Shown here: positions 9,303 through 18,792 of the stretch, in pieces
Position numbering within the stretch: the first letter of the stretch is position 1
Layout: each line of letters starts with the position of its first letter
Assembly (NCBI GenBank): GCA_038231435.1
Contig: JBBRLJ010000008.1
Span: 1-64,000 of the forward strand
From: Planctomycetota bacterium
Lineage (GTDB): Bacteria > Planctomycetota > UBA11346
DNA length: 64,000 nt
Direction of reading: 5' to 3'
Notes under the pieces: generated by a model
The model's input: the letters and a program-made list of their open reading frames with translations, nothing else
The model's database searches: none
What the model was told of the DNA's origin: nothing
Made by a program: the position numbers and the translations under genes

Positions 9303-11900
9303 ATGACCATCACTCTCCCACCGGCGTTCCGGCACGGCCTGCTCGCGCTCATCCTCTTGATCGGTGGCGCTGGCGCCGCCGTCGCCATGGATCGCTACGT
9401 CCGTCCCGACGGCGGATCCTACGGCAGCGGGAACGGCAGCGATTGGACGAATGCGTACCCCGGCTTCTCGGGCATCGCCTGGAGCGCGATCGCGCCAGGC
9501 GATACGATCTGGATCGCCGGGGGGCTGTACGGACCGCTGACCATCGACCGGAGCGGAACCGCGGGCAGTCCGATCACCTGCAAGCGTGCGACCGCGGCGG
9601 TGCATGGCGCTGGCGCCGGGTGGAGCGCATCCTACGACGCCCGAGTCGTCATCGACGGCGGCAGGGGGCTCTCGGCCGTGAGCACCGACGGCTCGTACAC
9701 CTCGCACGACTTCATCACGGTCGACGGCGCGACCAGGTACGGCATCTGGGCTCGGAACGCCTACTACGGCGTGCGCGCCGCGTACGGCACGTCGAACCTG
9801 ACGCTGCGCAATCTGGAGATCGGCGATGCCGGGGCGTATCGGCTCGACGAGGACGGCATCCAAGGGAAAGGCGACGCCCTGGTGGTCGAGCAGTGCTACA
9901 TCCACGACAACGACAGCCACGTGACCCATGGCGACGGCATCCAGTGGTTCGGCGGCGACCGCGTCACGATCCGCTACAACATCTGGAAGAACAACGGACA
10001 GGAGATCTATCTCGGCGAAGCCTCGTGGAGCACCGTGGTCAACGATGTCGATATCAGCTACAACGTGATCTACAACCGCGGCGGCGGCCACTACAACGGC
10101 ATCGTGATCTATGGAAATGCGACGCAATCCGGCCGTTACATCAACGTCTGCAACAACACCATCGACCTCGAGGCCACCGACAACAGTGGCTACAACAGCG
10201 TCTTCTATCCACTGACCGGCACAGCGACCAAGACGTTCAGGAACAACGCGGTGATCGCGTCCAATGCCAACCAGGTCCCCAACACCACCCACGGCAACAA
10301 TGCCTACGACGATGCGGGCGCGTCGGTGGTCTACTACATCCCAACGGAGACCGCACGCGTGACCGCGGCCGACCTGGGATTCGTCGATGCCGCTCCCGCA
10401 ACCGGCACCCCTGATTATCACCTGACCGCCACATCGCCGTTGATCGGCAAGGGCGCCAACCTGGGTCTCGCGCGCGATTTCGACGGCAGACCGGTTCCGG
10501 CGACGCCGAGCATCGGTGCCTTCGAGTTCGCTGGCTCCACTGCGCCCCTGCCTGATACCACGCCGCCGCTGGTCGCGCTCATCGCGCCGACCGCTGGGGC
10601 GACGATCGCAGGCACGGTCACCATCTCGGTCACCGCCACCGACAACGTCGGCGTCGCCGGCGTCCAGTTCAAGCTCGACGGCGCCAACCTCGCCGCTGAG
10701 GACACTGCCGCTCCATACGCTATCTCGTGGAACACCACGACGGCGAGTGCCGGCCCGCACGTGCTGACCGCGGTGGCGAGGGACGCGGCGGGAAACTTCG
10801 CCACCGCCGCGACCGTGACCGTGACCGTCGGCAACCAGGCCCCCGCGGCGAGCGGATCGCTCTTCACCACGCAGGTGCCGGCGCTGCCGCACAACGATGA
10901 CGGCGTGGACTACGAGCTGGGCATGCGCTTCCAGAGCACGAACGCGGGGCTGATCACCGCCATCCGCTTCTGGAAGGACAGCGCCGAGTCCGGCACGCAC
11001 GTCGGGCGGATCTGGAGTGCGGGCGGAGTGCAGCTCGCGAGCGTCACCTTCGTCGGCGAGGGCGCGAGCGGCTGGCAGCTGCAGGCGCTGGCCACGCCCC
11101 TGAACATCGTGGCCGGCAGCGAATATCTGGTGAGCGTGAACACCGGCGGCCATGGCTACGTCGCGACCAACAACGGGCTGGCGAGCCAGATCGCCAATGG
11201 CCCGCTGCGCTCGGTGGTCGGCACGAACGGCCGTTTCGGCCCCCCGGGGCAGTACCCGACCCAGAGCTGGCAGGCCAGCAACTACTTCCGCGACGTGGTG
11301 TTCGCTCCAGCCGCGACGACCCCGGCGGCAAACGCCACCGTGACCATCTCCTGCGACAACGCGTACGATCTCTACGTCAATGGCGTGCTGACCGGTTCCG
11401 GCGGCAACTGGAATGCCGCACAGAGCTACTCGGTGCCGCAGCTCGCGGGAAGGAACGTGGTGGCGGTGAAGGCGCGGGACCTGGGCGGCGCCGCGGCGCT
11501 GCTCGCTGAGCTGCGCATCGGCGTACTGCGCCTGGGCACCGGCACCGGATGGAAGGTGAGCACCACCGCGCCCGCCGGCTGGGAGACGCTCGGATTCGAT
11601 GACCGCGGCTGGACCGGCGCCAGTGACTTCGGCGCCTATGGCGTGGCTCCGTGGAACCGCAGCGTCAGCGGCATGCCGCTCGACACGCCGGCGCACTGGA
11701 TCTGGTCGTCCGACAACCAGGCCACCGACACCGTCTATCTCCGCTTCGCCTACGATCAGGCGGGTACTGGTGCTCCTCTGACGACGACGGTCTCCACGGC
11801 GGAATCGACCGCTGCCGCCGGCGGCACTTCGTGCGGCCTGGGCAGCGGGATCGGGCTGATCGCGGGGCTGGGACTGGTGCTGGGCAGGCGCCGCCGCTAA
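9303..11900 (+). CDS. Secreted multidomain protein: beta-helix, Ig-like, DUF4082-like and lectin-like domains, C-terminal anchor
   Basis: Signal peptide; PGDTIWIAGG; THGDGIQ; SPLIGKG...IGAFEF; ATDNVGVAGVQF Ig domain; YELGMRF...NYFRDVVF; ISCDNAYDLYVNG; GGTSCGLGSG-TM-RRRR tail. Confidence 0.85.
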   Translation: MTITLPPAFRHGLLALILLIGGAGAAVAMDRYVRPDGGSYGSGNGSDWTNAYPGFSGIAWSAIAPGDTIWIAGGLYGPLTIDRSGTAGSPITCKRATAAVHGAGAGWSASYDARVVIDGGRGLSAVSTDGSYTSHDFITVDGATRYGIWARNAYYGVRAAYGTSNLTLRNLEIGDAGAYRLDEDGIQGKGDALVVEQCYIHDNDSHVTHGDGIQWFGGDRVTIRYNIWKNNGQEIYLGEASWSTVVNDVDISYNVIYNRGGGHYNGIVIYGNATQSGRYINVCNNTIDLEATDNSGYNSVFYPLTGTATKTFRNNAVIASNANQVPNTTHGNNAYDDAGASVVYYIPTETARVTAADLGFVDAAPATGTPDYHLTATSPLIGKGANLGLARDFDGRPVPATPSIGAFEFAGSTAPLPDTTPPLVALIAPTAGATIAGTVTISVTATDNVGVAGVQFKLDGANLAAEDTAAPYAISWNTTTASAGPHVLTAVARDAAGNFATAATVTVTVGNQAPAASGSLFTTQVPALPHNDDGVDYELGMRFQSTNAGLITAIRFWKDSAESGTHVGRIWSAGGVQLASVTFVGEGASGWQLQALATPLNIVAGSEYLVSVNTGGHGYVATNNGLASQIANGPLRSVVGTNGRFGPPGQYPTQSWQASNYFRDVVFAPAATTPAANATVTISCDNAYDLYVNGVLTGSGGNWNAAQSYSVPQLAGRNVVAVKARDLGGAAALLAELRIGVLRLGTGTGWKVSTTAPAGWETLGFDDRGWTGASDFGAYGVAPWNRSVSGMPLDTPAHWIWSSDNQATDTVYLRFAYDQAGTGAPLTTTVSTAESTAAAGGTSCGLGSGIGLIAGLGLVLGRRRR

Positions 11901-11919
11901 GGGCGGCTTCCTTCACCAG

Positions 11920-11948
11920 GACCCCGTCACGCAGTGCGTGACGGGGTC
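11920..11948. terminator. Perfect inverted repeat downstream of the 9303-11900 gene (possible terminator or REP-like hairpin)
   Basis: GACCCCGTCACGCA-G-TGCGTGACGGGGTC; weak U-tract; similar hairpin at 5405-5425. Confidence 0.5.
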
Positions 11949-12210
11949 GCTGTTTCGGCGGCGACCGAGTCGCTCGTCACTCGAGCAACGGAACGTGCTC
12001 GATGTCCACGGTTGCGCAGCTGAGCACATGCGCGTGAATGCTTGACGGGTCGAGGATTGACGAACCGCCATCCAGCTCCGATCGTGCACGCTCGCGCTTC
12101 CATGCACCTGCTGAGATGTCGTATCGTATGATGCCCACGAGGCGGTTCGCCCAGCCGGCTCAACGCCGGGTCCGCGGCACGCCCAGATCGAACACCCGGA
12201 GCACACTGCC

Positions 12211-12687
12211 ATGCCATCGAAGAACACGATCTGTTTGTGGTTCGACAAGGACGCGCATGAGGCGGCGCTGTTCTATGCCGCCACCTTTCCGGATAGCCGT
12301 GTCACCGGCGTCCACAAGGCGCCCGGTGACTATCCGGGCGGCAAGAAGGGCGAGGTGCTGACGGTGGAGTTCACCGTCTTGGGCATCCCTTGCCTGGGCA
12401 TCAATGGCGGCCCGGTGTTCACGCACAGCGAGGCGTTCTCCTTCCAGATCGCGACCGACGATCAGGCGGAGACCGACCGCTACTGGAACGCGATTGTCGG
12501 CAACGGCGGCATGGAAAGCCAATGCGGCTGGTGTAAGGATCGCTGGGGCCTGTCCTGGCAGATCACCCCACGGGCGCTGACCGAGGCGATGATGGCTGGT
12601 GGGAGCGAAGCGAAACGGGTGTTCGCGGCGATGATGACGATGCGGAAGATCGATGTCGCGGTCATCGAGGCGGCGCGACGGGGGTGA
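12211..12687 (+). CDS. VOC/PhnB-like (3-demethylubiquinone-9 3-methyltransferase family) protein
   Basis: TICLWFD...LGINGGP...ESQCGWCKDRWGLSWQITP. Confidence 0.9.
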   Translation: MPSKNTICLWFDKDAHEAALFYAATFPDSRVTGVHKAPGDYPGGKKGEVLTVEFTVLGIPCLGINGGPVFTHSEAFSFQIATDDQAETDRYWNAIVGNGGMESQCGWCKDRWGLSWQITPRALTEAMMAGGSEAKRVFAAMMTMRKIDVAVIEAARRG

Positions 12688-12753
12688 TGCGTGGCATCGA
12701 CGACGTGTCGGATCCCGTCGACTGCGCGACCGGCCGCCCTGCTCGACTGGTCG

Positions 12754-13284
12754 CTAGCGACGCATCGCCTCGCCGAGCTCAGCGAGCGCCTGCGCGATCG
12801 TCTCCGCTACCTGCGGGTCGTTGACAGCGCCATCCGCTGAGATCGCCCGCCGCACTACGGCGCTGACCATCGGTGGCCGCGCGATCACGCGGGCGGACAT
12901 GGTGCTGAGGATCTCGGTTATTTGCAGCTGCAGATGTCGCGCGTCGCCCGCTGAGGCGTTCAGCAGCAGCACCGGCTTGCCGGGGAACTCGACGCTGGAC
13001 ACCAGCCAGTCGAGCGCGTTCTTCAGGGAGCCGGGGATGCCGTGGGCGTATTCGGGGCTGCTGATCATCACCGCGTCGGCGGCGCCGACGCGGTGGCGGA
13101 AGTCCAGCACGACGTGGGGCGGGGAATCGCCGTCGTGATCGGGATTGAAGTGCGGGAGGCGCCCGAGGACCTCGTCGATGTCGATGCGCATCGACGCCGG
13201 AGCGAGGCGTTGCGCGGCGAGGATCAGCAGGTGGTTCGCCGACGCCGCACGCAGGCTGCCCGGGATCGCGAGCACGTTCGGCAT
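12754..13284 (-). CDS. NADPH-dependent FMN reductase
   Basis: GSLRAAS and SPEYAHGIPGSLKNALDW motifs. Confidence 0.9.
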   Translation of the reverse strand: MPNVLAIPGSLRAASANHLLILAAQRLAPASMRIDIDEVLGRLPHFNPDHDGDSPPHVVLDFRHRVGAADAVMISSPEYAHGIPGSLKNALDWLVSSVEFPGKPVLLLNASAGDARHLQLQITEILSTMSARVIARPPMVSAVVRRAISADGAVNDPQVAETIAQALAELGEAMRR

Positions 13285-13395
13285 CGCTCCATCCTGTGCG
13301 TCAATGCACGGTGTCCAAGCGACGGCGCTTTGGGGCACACGCCGACCGGGGTCGTTGTCTTGGCATCGACCCCGGCCCGTAGCGCCGGCCGTGGT

Positions 13396-13878
13396 TCAGG
13401 CTGGCTTCTTTGCCGAGTGGCACGAGACGTCGAGCTCCTTGCCGGTCTCGAGCAGCGACTTGAGGCTCGACAGTACGCGCGGCCAGCCGCCGCTGATGCC
13501 CTTGGCCATCACCGGGTCGAGGTCGTCGTGCGTCACGGTCAGGCGGACGACGTCGGCGACGGTCTCAATCTCGAATGAGACGCGCGACTGCTTGCCGGCG
13601 GTGTGCTCGTCCGCTGGCGCGGCCCAGGTCAGCACCAGCTGGCGAGGAGGGATCACGGTGACCACCTTGCCGACCATCTGCACCGTGTCGTAGTGGTCGC
13701 CCCTGAGGTGCTTCCAGGTCGAGCCCGGTTTCCAGTCAGAGGCATTGACGCCGCCCCAGTAGCGCTTGGTCAGCTCGCCATCGGTGAGCGCCTTGAATAC
13801 CTTCTCAGCCGTGCTTGCGATGTACGTCACGTAGACGAACCGCTCGCTGGCCGTGGTCTGTGTCGAGGTCATGGTCAT
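13396..13878 (-). CDS. SRPBCC/AHSA1 family protein
   Basis: FVYVTYI...SDWKPGS...GWPRVLSSLKSLLETG. Confidence 0.85.
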   Translation of the reverse strand: MTMTSTQTTASERFVYVTYIASTAEKVFKALTDGELTKRYWGGVNASDWKPGSTWKHLRGDHYDTVQMVGKVVTVIPPRQLVLTWAAPADEHTAGKQSRVSFEIETVADVVRLTVTHDDLDPVMAKGISGGWPRVLSSLKSLLETGKELDVSCHSAKKPA

Positions 13879-14200
13879 GGGCTGTTCCTTGTTCGAGGGT
13901 GGTCTTGAGGTGGTGGAGGGCATCGAGGCGCGGCTGCTCGTACTTCCGGATCCAGCGCTGGTAGATCTCGTGGATCGGGACCGGGTTGAAGAAGTGCAGC
14001 TTCTCGCGCCCGCGTTTCTGGACCGAGACGAGGTTCGCGTCCTCGAGGATGCGCAGGTGCTGCGTGACCGCCTGCCTGGTCATGTCGAGCCCCTGGCTGA
14101 GTGCGGTCAGGGTCTGGCCGTTCTGCTCATGAAGCCGGTCGAGCAGTTCGCGACGGCTCGGATCGCTGAGCGCTTTGAAGACGTCGTCGATCGCGGTCAT
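13805..14200 (-). CDS. ArsR/SmtB family regulator
   Basis: VFKALSDPSRRELL...MTRQAVTQHLRILEDANLV. Confidence 0.9.
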   Translation of the reverse strand: MTAIDDVFKALSDPSRRELLDRLHEQNGQTLTALSQGLDMTRQAVTQHLRILEDANLVSVQKRGREKLHFFNPVPIHEIYQRWIRKYEQPRLDALHHLKTTLEQGTAHDHDLDTDHGQRAVRLRDVHRKHG

Positions 14201-14225
14201 GCGCGGATCCTGCCGACCAGGATCA

Positions 14226-14249
14226 ATAGGCAGGTAAATACTTGCCTAT
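14226..14249. promoter_or_regulatory. Palindromic candidate ArsR operator
   Basis: ATAGGCAGGT-AAAT-ACTTGCCTAT upstream of the ArsR gene. Confidence 0.6.
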
Positions 14250-15757
14250 GTCAATGACCCTCGCCGGCGTGCCAGCGCCTGGCCGGCGGACGCCACGGCG
14301 ATGGCGACGACGATCAAGGCCGCGGCTACCCCGAAGGTGAGACGCATGGCGGCGGCGAGGGCGTCGCGGCTCGCCGTCGAGATGTCGATCGTCCCAGCTC
14401 CGAGCGCGAACATGGTGCCCATGGCCGACGCGCCGGTGATGAGCCCGAGGTTGCGCGACAGGTTGAGCATGCCAGAGGTGACGCCGCGCCGGTCCGGCCG
14501 GATGTCCCGCATCACCGCGGTATTGTTGGCGGCCTGGAACAGCGCGTAGCCGGCGGTGATGACGACGAGGGGGACGATGTATCCGGGAATGGCGAGATGC
14601 GTCGGCACGAGCGGTGACAGGAAGGCCATGATCGAGCAGCCGGTACCCATGCCGGCGAGCCCAACGGTGGTCGCGCGCCGCGCGCCGAAGCGATCCACGA
14701 TGCGGCCGGCCGGTACGCCGGCCAGGGCCGAGGCGACCGGGCCGCACGCCATGACCAGTCCGACGCGGGCCGCGTCGAGCATCAGCGCACCGGTGAGATA
14801 GAACGGGCCGACCACCAGCGTCGCCATCACCACGGTCGTGACGAGCGCGCTCATGGCGAAGCCGCTGGCCAGCAGTGGATTCCGAAACATCGCCAAGGGG
14901 ATCAGGGGTGACGCGACCGTCGACTCGACGAGCACGAAGCCAGCGGCGCCGACGACGGCCGCGATCAGCAGGGCCGAGTCGAGCGCGCCGGATCCACCGC
15001 GCCCCGTGGTCATGGCCAGCGCATATGCCGCGAGGGTCAGCGCCAGCAGCAGCGTCCCCGGGATATCGAAGCTGGCGGCATGCGGCGTCGTGTCCCGGCG
15101 ATCGATCAGCGGATTCCCAGGCAGGAAGCGCCGCGCGAGCAGCAGCGCGAGTACGCCGAGCGGCACGGTGACGAGGAAGATGGCGGGCCAGCCGCATGCG
15201 GCGATCAGCGCGCCGCCGACACCAGGACCGAGCGCGGTGCCGACAGCGGACATGGTGCCGAGCAGCCCCATGGCGCTGCCGGTCCGGGCCTTCGGCACGG
15301 TTTCGCCGACCAATGCCATGGCGAGGGCCATCATGATCGCCGCTCCCACGCCCTGCGCCGCGCGGGCGGCGATCAGCAGCCCGAGCGTGGGAGCGACGCC
15401 GCAGAGCCCCGAGGCGAGCGTGAACAGGAGGATGCCGGAGAGCAGCAGGCGGCGGCGACCGATCACGTCGCCGAGCCGTCCGACGCTGACGATCACGATG
15501 GTCATAGCGAGCAAGTAGGCGAGGACGACCCACTGGACGTGCGTGAACGGAACCGAGAATGCCTGCGCGAGCGTTGGCAGGGCGACGTTGGCGATACTGA
15601 TGCTCAGCGAAGGCAACAGCATGGCGAGCGATAGGCTGACGAGCGCCCCGCGCGCCGACGGAGTCGCCGCGCTCCCAGCATGTCCCTCGTCCCGTCGTGC
15701 CACGTTCGCTTCCACGAGATCCCTTCCTGGGTCGACTCCGAAACGGCTGCGCCTCAA
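14246..15757 (-). CDS. MFS (DHA2/EmrB-like) efflux transporter
   Basis: GRLGDVIGRRR motif A, about 14 hydrophobic segments; start uncertain. Confidence 0.9.
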   Translation of the reverse strand: MRRSRFGVDPGRDLVEANVARRDEGHAGSAATPSARGALVSLSLAMLLPSLSISIANVALPTLAQAFSVPFTHVQWVVLAYLLAMTIVIVSVGRLGDVIGRRRLLLSGILLFTLASGLCGVAPTLGLLIAARAAQGVGAAIMMALAMALVGETVPKARTGSAMGLLGTMSAVGTALGPGVGGALIAACGWPAIFLVTVPLGVLALLLARRFLPGNPLIDRRDTTPHAASFDIPGTLLLALTLAAYALAMTTGRGGSGALDSALLIAAVVGAAGFVLVESTVASPLIPLAMFRNPLLASGFAMSALVTTVVMATLVVGPFYLTGALMLDAARVGLVMACGPVASALAGVPAGRIVDRFGARRATTVGLAGMGTGCSIMAFLSPLVPTHLAIPGYIVPLVVITAGYALFQAANNTAVMRDIRPDRRGVTSGMLNLSRNLGLITGASAMGTMFALGAGTIDISTASRDALAAAMRLTFGVAAALIVVAIAVASAGQALARRRGSLT

Positions 15758-15902
15758 AGCCAGCCAATGCGCATCGTAACGCCTGTCGGGCCTGCGGAAG
15801 GCGCGCCGGCTGCAGGGTATCCGTGCGTCCGACGCGGCATCGCTTCGGCGCTGCCGACCACTGCGCTATCGACCCTGCCCGCGAGCCTTGGAAGGTGGAC
15901 GC

Positions 15903-16799
15903 ATGTCCACACCAGATCTGAACCTGCTCGGCACCCTGGATGCGCTGCTCGCCGAAGGCAGCGTCGCGCGCGCGGCCAAGCGGCTGCGGCTCAGCCCGTC
16001 GGCGATGAGCCGGGCGCTGGCGCGCGTGCGCGATGCCACCGGCGATCCGCTGCTGGTCAGGGCCGGGCGCGATCTCGTGCCCACGCCCCGGGCAGTCGAA
16101 TTGCGCGGGCGCGTCGCCCGGCTCGTCGAGGAGGCCGCATCGGTGCTCCGGCCCGCCACGCAGCTCGACCTCGGGAAGCTGGTCAGGACGTTCACGCTGC
16201 GTACGCGCGAAGGCATCGTCGAGAACATCGGTCCAGCGCTGATCGCCCGCGTCGGCGAGCAGGCTCCGGGAGTGCGGCTCTCATTCGTGCAGAAACCGGA
16301 TCGCGAGAGCACGTCGCTACGCGACGGGAGCGTGGATCTGGAGACCGGCGTGGTCGGGGCGACGACCGGACCCGAGATCCGCGCGCAGGCGCTGTTCACC
16401 GATCGCTTCATCGGCGTCGTGCGCCGGGGTCACGCGCTGGGCAGGGGCGCGATGACGCCGGCGCGCTATGCGCGGGGCCGGCATATCTGCGTCTCGCGGC
16501 GGGGTCTCGCCAGGGGTCCGATCGACGAGGCGCTGGGCCAGCTCGACCTGGAGCGAGGGTTCGTCGCCATCGTCGATGGTTTCTCGGTCGCGCTCGCGCT
16601 GGCGCGGGCCACCGACCTGATCGCCAGCGTCCCCGAGCGTCACACCGGAATCCTGCGCGCAGGGATGCATAGCTTTCCCCTGCCGGTCACCACCCCCGAG
16701 CTGACGGTGTCGCTGCTCTGGCACCCGCGGTTCGACGCTGATCCGGCCCATCGTTGGTTGCGCCAGCTCGTCATCGAGGTCTGTGCATCGTCCACGTGA
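15903..16799 (+). CDS. LysR family regulator
   Basis: DLNLL...SVARAAKRLRLSPSAMSRAL; WHPRFDADPAHRWLR. Confidence 0.92.
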   Translation: MSTPDLNLLGTLDALLAEGSVARAAKRLRLSPSAMSRALARVRDATGDPLLVRAGRDLVPTPRAVELRGRVARLVEEAASVLRPATQLDLGKLVRTFTLRTREGIVENIGPALIARVGEQAPGVRLSFVQKPDRESTSLRDGSVDLETGVVGATTGPEIRAQALFTDRFIGVVRRGHALGRGAMTPARYARGRHICVSRRGLARGPIDEALGQLDLERGFVAIVDGFSVALALARATDLIASVPERHTGILRAGMHSFPLPVTTPELTVSLLWHPRFDADPAHRWLRQLVIEVCASST

Positions 16800-16882
16800 G
16801 GTCCACGTGAGGTCCACATGATGGCCGCATGATGGCCCGGCATATGCGAGCCGCCGTACTGCGACGGCCACCGTCCGGTGGG

Positions 16883-17752
16883 TCAGCGCCTCGCCTCGTC
16901 GCCGCTGCCGCCGTCACGAGCGCCGTCACGATCGCCGACCAGCAGCCGCTCCAGATCCGGCAGCGCGCGTAGCCACGGCTCCAGTCGCGCGAGGTCGTGG
17001 CATTGGTCTTCGCGGTGCGGCGTGGGATCACACCATGGCTGGTAGTGGCCGCCGAACAGCCGTCGCGGCCGGTCCACGCGCGCGGCGCGCGCGGCGTGCC
17101 AGACGCTCTGGTCGAATACCACCACCGATCCGGGCGGCACGCGCAGCGCGATCTGGCTGGGCCATTCCGAGCGGCGATCCTGGGATGGCGGCGCGAGCGG
17201 GTCGTGCGCGTCGCGTGGCACGACCAGCAGTGGTCCGAGGTCGTCGTCGCTGCCATCGAGATAGACGTTGGCGAGCACGTGCCGCACGCCGTCGCCACGG
17301 CGGGAGGGGTCGAGCGACCAGGCGGCTTCGTCGATGGCGTCGCTGCGGTGGTAGTGCCAGCCGGTGAATACGCGCGCGATGCCGCCGATCAGGCCACCGC
17401 TGTGGGCCAGGCGCGGATCGGCGCCAAGAGCGGCTCGCACCGCGCCGATCACCTCGGGGTTGGCGTAGAACGGCGCCATGCGTGGCGCCAGGTCGAGCAG
17501 TGGATGCAGCACCAGGCCGAATTCGCCGGTGCCGGGATCGCCGATCGCGCGCGCGGCCTCGGCCATGAGCGCACCGATCTCGGCGCACTCTGCGGCGCCG
17601 AACACCGATTCCAGCACCACGTAGCCGCGTTCAGCGACTTCCGTGCCGATCGCACCGATGGCGGATCCGCCCACGCTCGTGCTTTTCGTGGGACTTTCCA
17701 TCGTGTGAGCAGGCAAGCGATCAATCGTCTGACCCGTCATGTGAGCGTTCAT
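16883..17752 (-). CDS. Phytanoyl-CoA dioxygenase-like protein
   Basis: ERGYVVLE start, GPLLVVP, PGSVVVFDQSVWHAA. Confidence 0.7.
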   Translation of the reverse strand: MNAHMTGQTIDRLPAHTMESPTKSTSVGGSAIGAIGTEVAERGYVVLESVFGAAECAEIGALMAEAARAIGDPGTGEFGLVLHPLLDLAPRMAPFYANPEVIGAVRAALGADPRLAHSGGLIGGIARVFTGWHYHRSDAIDEAAWSLDPSRRGDGVRHVLANVYLDGSDDDLGPLLVVPRDAHDPLAPPSQDRRSEWPSQIALRVPPGSVVVFDQSVWHAARAARVDRPRRLFGGHYQPWCDPTPHREDQCHDLARLEPWLRALPDLERLLVGDRDGARDGGSGDEARR

Positions 17753-17806
17753 GGCACCTCCGTGATTGGCTGGATGGTCGCGCCTGGCATGCTGGCGTCT
17801 CCCGCA

Positions 17807-18721
17807 ATGCGCGCGCGCACCACCACAAATCGCTCATCGCGCTCGCGCCATCCCGGCCGCCCGGGCAGTGAGCACGCCGCGTTCGAGTCGTGGAAGCTGC
17901 CCGAGGCGTGGCCGCTGGTGGTGGTCGACTGGACGATGGACCGGCCCCGGCAGGGCCACTTCCACCTGCACGACGCGCTGGAGATCGGCTGGTGCCATTC
18001 CGGCACCGGCATCCTCATCATCGAGGGCACCACCCACGCCTTCGGGCCAGGCGACGTGACCCTGATCCCGCCGCTGGTGTCGCACACCGGCTTCGGCGCC
18101 GCTGGGCCCAGCCGCTGGACGTTCGCCTTCCTCGACCACCGCCGGTTGCTGCCGGCATCAGCCGATGCGCGACTGCGCGCGCTCGCGCGCGGCACGGTAT
18201 TCACGCCGAAGCTGCATGCGCGCATCTGCGACCTGGGGAGGACCCTGATCGAGGAGGCCGCCGCGCGCCGTGATCTGCACCGCGACGCGGTGGCAGCCAG
18301 CCTTGCCGCGTTCGTGGTCGAGTCCGTGCGCGCGGCGCCGCGCGCGGATCGGATCTCCGCGGACGGCGACCGAGACCGAGGTACGCGCAGCGTCGAACGC
18401 ATGCGCGTGATCGCTCCGGCCTTGAAGGCGATGGCCGAGCGCCATGGCGAGCCGCTGTCGATCACCGGCCTTGCCCACGCGTGCCGCCTGAGCCCGGCGC
18501 AGTTCCGGCGCATCTTCGTCGACCAGATGGGCGTCGCCCCGAAGCAGCACCTGCTCGCGCTGCGTGTCGAGATCGCCGCGAGCCGTCTCGTCGCCAGCGA
18601 CGACGGCATCGCCGCCATCGCGCTCGCCGCCGGCTTCGACAGCCTGTCGGCGTTCAACCGCCAGTTCGCGCGGCGGCAGGGATGCTCACCGCGGGAGTGG
18701 AGGGCGAGGACGAGAGGGTGA
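17807..18721 (+). CDS. AraC family regulator (cupin + HTH)
   Basis: HFHLHDALEIG cupin; AGFDSLSAFNRQFARRQGCSPREWR. Confidence 0.9.
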   Translation: MRARTTTNRSSRSRHPGRPGSEHAAFESWKLPEAWPLVVVDWTMDRPRQGHFHLHDALEIGWCHSGTGILIIEGTTHAFGPGDVTLIPPLVSHTGFGAAGPSRWTFAFLDHRRLLPASADARLRALARGTVFTPKLHARICDLGRTLIEEAAARRDLHRDAVAASLAAFVVESVRAAPRADRISADGDRDRGTRSVERMRVIAPALKAMAERHGEPLSITGLAHACRLSPAQFRRIFVDQMGVAPKQHLLALRVEIAASRLVASDDGIAAIALAAGFDSLSAFNRQFARRQGCSPREWRARTRG

Positions 18722-18792
18722 GGGGGAGTAGGGGGAAGACGTAAGACCGAAGATGGAAGAGCGAAGACCGTCAACCGGATCCGTGCGTTGCC

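Noticed and set aside
9264..11696. Long antisense or alternate-frame ORFs (also 27300-29771, 30220-32787, 30852-32819, 52290-54116)
   Set aside because: Shadow ORFs expected from high-GC codon bias over real genes
16790..16840. Short tandem duplications (GTCCACGTGAG, CATGATGGCC); also simple repeats near 9250-9290, 22350-22370 and 62325-62350
   Set aside because: Consistent with local slippage; no evidence of function
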